Source: the human T2T-CHM13v2.0 reference genome, Homo sapiens
DNA length: 64,000 nucleotides
Strand: one strand, 5' to 3'
NCBI RefSeq assembly: GCF_009914755.1
Contig: NC_060934.1
Shown: positions 59,726-64,000 of the stretch, one piece after another
How the letters are laid out: every line of letters starts with the position of its first letter
Position numbering within the stretch: position 1 is the first letter of the stretch
Position numbers and translations under genes: made by a program
The notes under the pieces: generated by a model
Told to the model about the DNA's origin: nothing
The model's input: the letters and a program-made list of their open reading frames with translations, nothing else
Databases searched by the model: none

Positions 59726-61279
59726 TATTGGGGGAAACCAGGCCCTGATATTCAATGTGGGTCCTTTTCTGTTTTCCCTAGGTGTCATCCGGTCTGAGAA
59801 ACAAAGGGAAAGAGTACAAAAGAGAGAACGTTTAAAGCTGGGTGTCCGGGGGAGACATCACATGTCAGCAGTTTCCGTGATGCCCCCCAAGCTGCAAAAC
59901 CAGCAAGTTTTTATTAGTGATTTTCAAAAGAGGAGGGAGTGTATGAATAGGGTGTAGGTCACAGAGATCACATGCTTTACAAGGTAATAAAATATCACAA
60001 GGCAAATGGAGGTACCGGGCATGCATTGTCATTGATTTTTGGGCATGCGTTGTCATTGGTAACATCTTATCAGGAGACAGGGTTTGAGAGCAGATGGCCC
60101 GTCTGACCAAAATTTATTAGGTGGGAATTTCCTTGTCCTAATAAGCCTGGGAGTGCTTCGGGAGACCAGGGCTTATTTCATCCCTTATCTACAACCATAA
60201 AAGACAGACGTTCCCAACGTGGCCATTTTAGATACCTCCCCTTGGGAACACATTCTCTTTCTTAGGGATGTTCCTTGTTGAGAAAAAGAATTCAGCCATA
60301 TTTCTCCTATTTGATTTTGAAAGAAGAGAAATATGGCTCTGTTTCACCTGGTGCTCAGGCAGCCAGACTTAATGGTTATCTCCCTTATTCCCTGAACATC
60401 GCTGTTATCCTGTTCTTTTTTCAAGGTGCTCCAATTTCATATTTAAAAAAATTGTGCAGTTAACGCAATCATCACAGGGTCCTGAGGCGACATTCATCCT
60501 CAGCTTAGGAAGATGATGGGATTAATAGATTAAAGTAAAGACAAGCATAGGAAATCACAAGAGTACTGATTGGGGAAGTGTTGGGAGCAAGCTCCCCAAA
60601 ATCTGGCCATAAACTGGCCCCAACACTGGCTATAAACAAATCTCTGCAGCACTGTGACATGTCCATAATGGCCCTAACACCCAAGCTGGAAGATTGTGGG
60701 TTTACGGGAATGAGGGCAAGGACCACCTGGCCCACCCAGGGCAGAAAACTGCTTAAAGGCATTCTTAAGCCACAAACAAAAGCCTGAGTGATCTGTGTCT
60801 TAAGGGCATGTTCTTGCTGCAGTTAGATAAGCCTAACCTATTCAATTAATTCGGCCCATCCCTTCGCTTCCCATAAGGGATACTTTTAGTTAATTTAACA
60901 TCTATAGAAAGGATGCTAATGACTGGTTTGTTGTTAATAAATAAGTGGGTAAATCTCTGTTCGGGGCTCTCAGCTCTGAAGTCTGGGAGACCCCTGATTT
61001 CCCACTTCACACTTCTTTATTTCTGTGTGTGTGTCTTTAATTCCTCTAGCACTGCTGGGTTAGGGTCTCCCTGACTGAGCTGATCTCAGCAGGGAAGTGA
61101 TAAGTGTCCATGAAATCTTCACAGTTTATGTTTAGAGATTGCAGTAAAGACAGGTGTATGAAATTATAAAAGTATTAGTTGGGGGAACTAATAAATGTCC
61201 ATGAAATCTTCACAATTTATGTTCTTCTGCCATGGCTTCAGCCGGTCCCTCCTTTCGGGGTCCCTGACTTCCCACAACA
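59726..61279 (-). mobile_element. MER11 LTR (3' LTR of a HERV-K HML-8 / HERVK11 provirus), interrupted by MER9
   Basis: Reverse complement starts tgttgtgggaagtcagggacccc...gaacataaattgtgaagatttcatggac; the polypurine tract (tctctccctttcttttt) is adjacent at 61280. Confidence 0.9.
60579..61091 (+). mobile_element. MER9 solo LTR (HERV-K HML-3) with 6-bp TSD
   Basis: tgttgggagcaagctccccaaaatctggccataaactggcccc ... tctcagca; TSD gggaag at 60573-60578 and 61092-61097. Confidence 0.9.
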
Positions 61280-63400
61280 TCTCTCCCTTTCTTTTTATAT
61301 AAGTGTGCCATGGTGATGAAGGCTTGTTCGTTCTCTCGATTTTGACACAGGATTCTTTGACTGGTCCGGCACACTAAAAAGAAGCTGATTAAACAGAGAA
61401 ACATAATTCCAAAATTTACTACAGTGGAGCCCCCAGTAGGCTTAATCCAAGTCGGGGGTTTAGTCCATAAAGATTTTCTGCCACCTGATCTAATGCCTCA
61501 GCTCCAGGCACAATGGATAAGTGAGCTTGAGAGGCTTCAAAAATTTGTTTCTTTAATTTAGTTATGTCCAATGATAAATTATCTTCCCTACGCAGAAGGT
61601 GTCCTTTGACCACTTCCCATGAATGATCAGTCTCATTATAGGACTATGGGGTGATACAGAAATCCGAAGTATTCCAATCGCATTGCATTTGCATGTGATA
61701 TTTGAGACTTATTACCCAATCTCCAAGGCAAATAACAGACTGTCTTAAATCATTAATTTGATTAGCCAATTTTTGATCAATGCCTTGTTGAGAATTCTAC
61801 ATTTGGGTGGAATTGGCTTGCCAATCATTAACAAAATGAGCCGTTTGAATAGATTGATGTAACACCATTCCAGTGGTGGCCATTGCGGTGACTGTTATTA
61901 GGCCCATGATCACAGTGATTAAAGTGAAAACAAATCTCTTAGATCTTTTTAGAATTCACTGTAACACTTCATTAATTAAATGTATTGAGGGGGAGGATTC
62001 CCAAGGTCTGAGCAAAGTTACCAGAATCCAGGTTCTTTCTTGAGCTCGAACAAACATTACACTTTTTCTGGAGTCAAAATGGGAGTTAATACAAGTGTAT
62101 AAATGACAATTAATGCATTGGACAGTTTGATTGTTCATCCAAATTTTGATATTTCCCACTAACAGCATGTAAGGAGGCTTACCACAACTCTGTATGGGAA
62201 CCATCAGGTTGGAGGTAAGTAAAGCAGAATGTCTGGATCTACGTTGATACTGAGAGAGGGGGACGGTAGAGGGGACAACAGACAGAATAGTTTCCCCTTC
62301 CCATACTCGCAGTCCAGACATGGCAGTAGCCAATTTCCAAAGTTCTGGGTGTTCTGGGCTCAGAATGGGGAGTATCATATGAGGCCTTGGGGGGTGGGGG
62401 CGGATAATGCCTTTATCTTCCCATTTTAAAGGAAAGAATGAGCTGAACCTTCTATGCAAAGTAGAATGATGATTCTCATTCTCCTGTTAAGAAACAAAAT
62501 AAGTAGCCTCCATGCATTCCTTTCTGCCAGAGGAGCAATTGTTTCTTAAATAGCCCTTTGGTGCCCAGTCTATTACTAAACCATATGAGTCATTTTTTAA
62601 TATTACTGAGTGTGAGTCAATACAGTCTTCCCAAATTAAAGTTTTAGATGGGTCATCAAAATTTTTAGGGGATGGTTTTCCTGCAGGTTTATGTTGAAAG
62701 TATGGGGTATCTCCCATTACTCCCCCTTTCATTTGTTTTAAAGGAGAAAGGGAGAGGCCAGAGACCAAATGTCCCTGTTCCTCTGTAGCTGATCTCTCTG
62801 GAAGATAAGCAGCCCAGACTTGAGTTTCTAGATTTATACAACCAGGTGAATGTCCAAGGCACAGAGGGGGGTATTTACAACCCATGGTAACATTAAATGC
62901 AGTGCCTTCTTCTCCCTGTTGAGCAGGGCAATGGTCATCTGTAGCTCCAGGCATCCACACACTATTGTTAGTGTAGATGTCTCAGGAGCATCTATCCAGG
63001 TGAGAGGTTGAATAAGTGGAGGAAAAGGCACATAAACCCAATAAGAATAATTTTTTGTAGCAGGTAAATCAGTGGGAAACTGGTGAGACAGAAAGTATAA
63101 GGAGGAGAATCATTAAATAAAACCTATTGTGAGATTCAGTGCTGAAGGAGGAAGAGAAGAATAGAGGGATGTTATTTTCAGGCGAATAGAAATGGTGAGA
63201 TTTTTAGGTTTGTAAGGAGAAAAAGAAAGGTAATCAGGAGAAGTGGGATTAGTTAGATGGTTCTCCATTGCCATCAGGGAGGATTGAATCAGAACCCTTG
63301 TGATTTGGTGTGCGTGCTTCTGAGGAGTTAGCAGATCTCACCCCATCTGAGGGCTGTCTCTGACACGGACGTCTTTTCCCGTGGTTTTCGTTGTCAGTAT
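61280..63400 (-). pseudogene. Disrupted betaretroviral env of HERV-K HML-8
   Basis: SU fragments (WMPGATDDHCPAQ..YPPLCLG; PEHPELWKL), furin site RSKR followed by hydrophobic [13 protein letters not shown] (~61900-61950), TM heptad and CDWNTSDFC-like loop; multiple stops and frameshifts. Confidence 0.88.
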
Positions 63401-64000
63401 TCACCCGAAGCTTGAGTCTCCTGATGGGTACTCAGACAGGGAATTGATGATCTCCTGGTGAAACATGAGCATATCCTCTTCCCTACTTATAATTGTGCCA
63501 GGTTCCCAGGTATTAGTTTGGGTGTTTTTCCATAACACTGGCTTGCCTTCGTTTAGGGAGAATTTTTTGCCTGTATAATGGCATTCGGCTGCAGTTAGAT
63601 TATTATCTTTAGGAACATTTAAACAATTTAATGTAAACCATGCCAAATGTAATTGGGAGTGGGGGGTAGTTAAATTATGTTTTTGTTGTTCAGACTGTTT
63701 GGACAATTGCGTTTTTAAAGTGTGATTGGCCTGTTCCACCACAGCCTGTCCCTGAGGATTATAAGGGATTCCAATAACATGGGAAATTCCCCACTGTTGC
63801 ATAAATAAATCAAAAGCCTTACTAACATATCCAGGGGCGTTGTCTGTCTTTATTTGATATGGAAGCCCTGTAACTGCAAAGCAAGAATACAGATGTTTTT
63901 TAATATGGGCCGTGCCTTCCCCTGTTTGGTAAGTAGCCCAGATAAAACCTGAGAAGTTATCTACAGAAACATGCACATATGACAGTCTGCCAAAGGACCT
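63401..64000 (-). pseudogene. HERV-K HML-8 pol integrase fragment (continues beyond the window)
   Basis: ORF 63401-63976: [13 protein letters not shown]...KTDNAPGY...[16 protein letters not shown], an integrase core; frameshifted at the C-terminus. Confidence 0.9.

Overview
Human genomic DNA (two AluYa5 elements, an SVA, primate L1PA, THE1 and HERV-K elements). The window is AT-rich, gene-poor and dominated by nested retroelements. I found no intact protein-coding gene. The most notable structure is at 3498-7126. An SVA retrotransposon (3516-4820) has its 3' target-site duplication 2.3 kb beyond its own poly(A), after a second AATAAA and poly(A). This is an SVA 3' transduction. The transduced cargo is an old L1-like fragment, a C-rich (CTCAGCC..)n array with promoter-type motifs, a CpG-rich, heavily diverged processed pseudogene of the kinase NEK4, and an Alu fragment. 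Other contents: a complete THE1D provirus; an internally deleted L1PB hosting MER52 and an Alu; a 2.75-kb TA-rich repeat with perfect palindromes; an LTR16/ERVL remnant; a near full-length L1PA with an ORF1 deletion; and the 3' half of a HERV-K HML-8 provirus (MER11 LTR, env, integrase) with a MER9 LTR nested in its LTR. Repeat subfamily calls are made from remembered consensus sequences, not from a database search.
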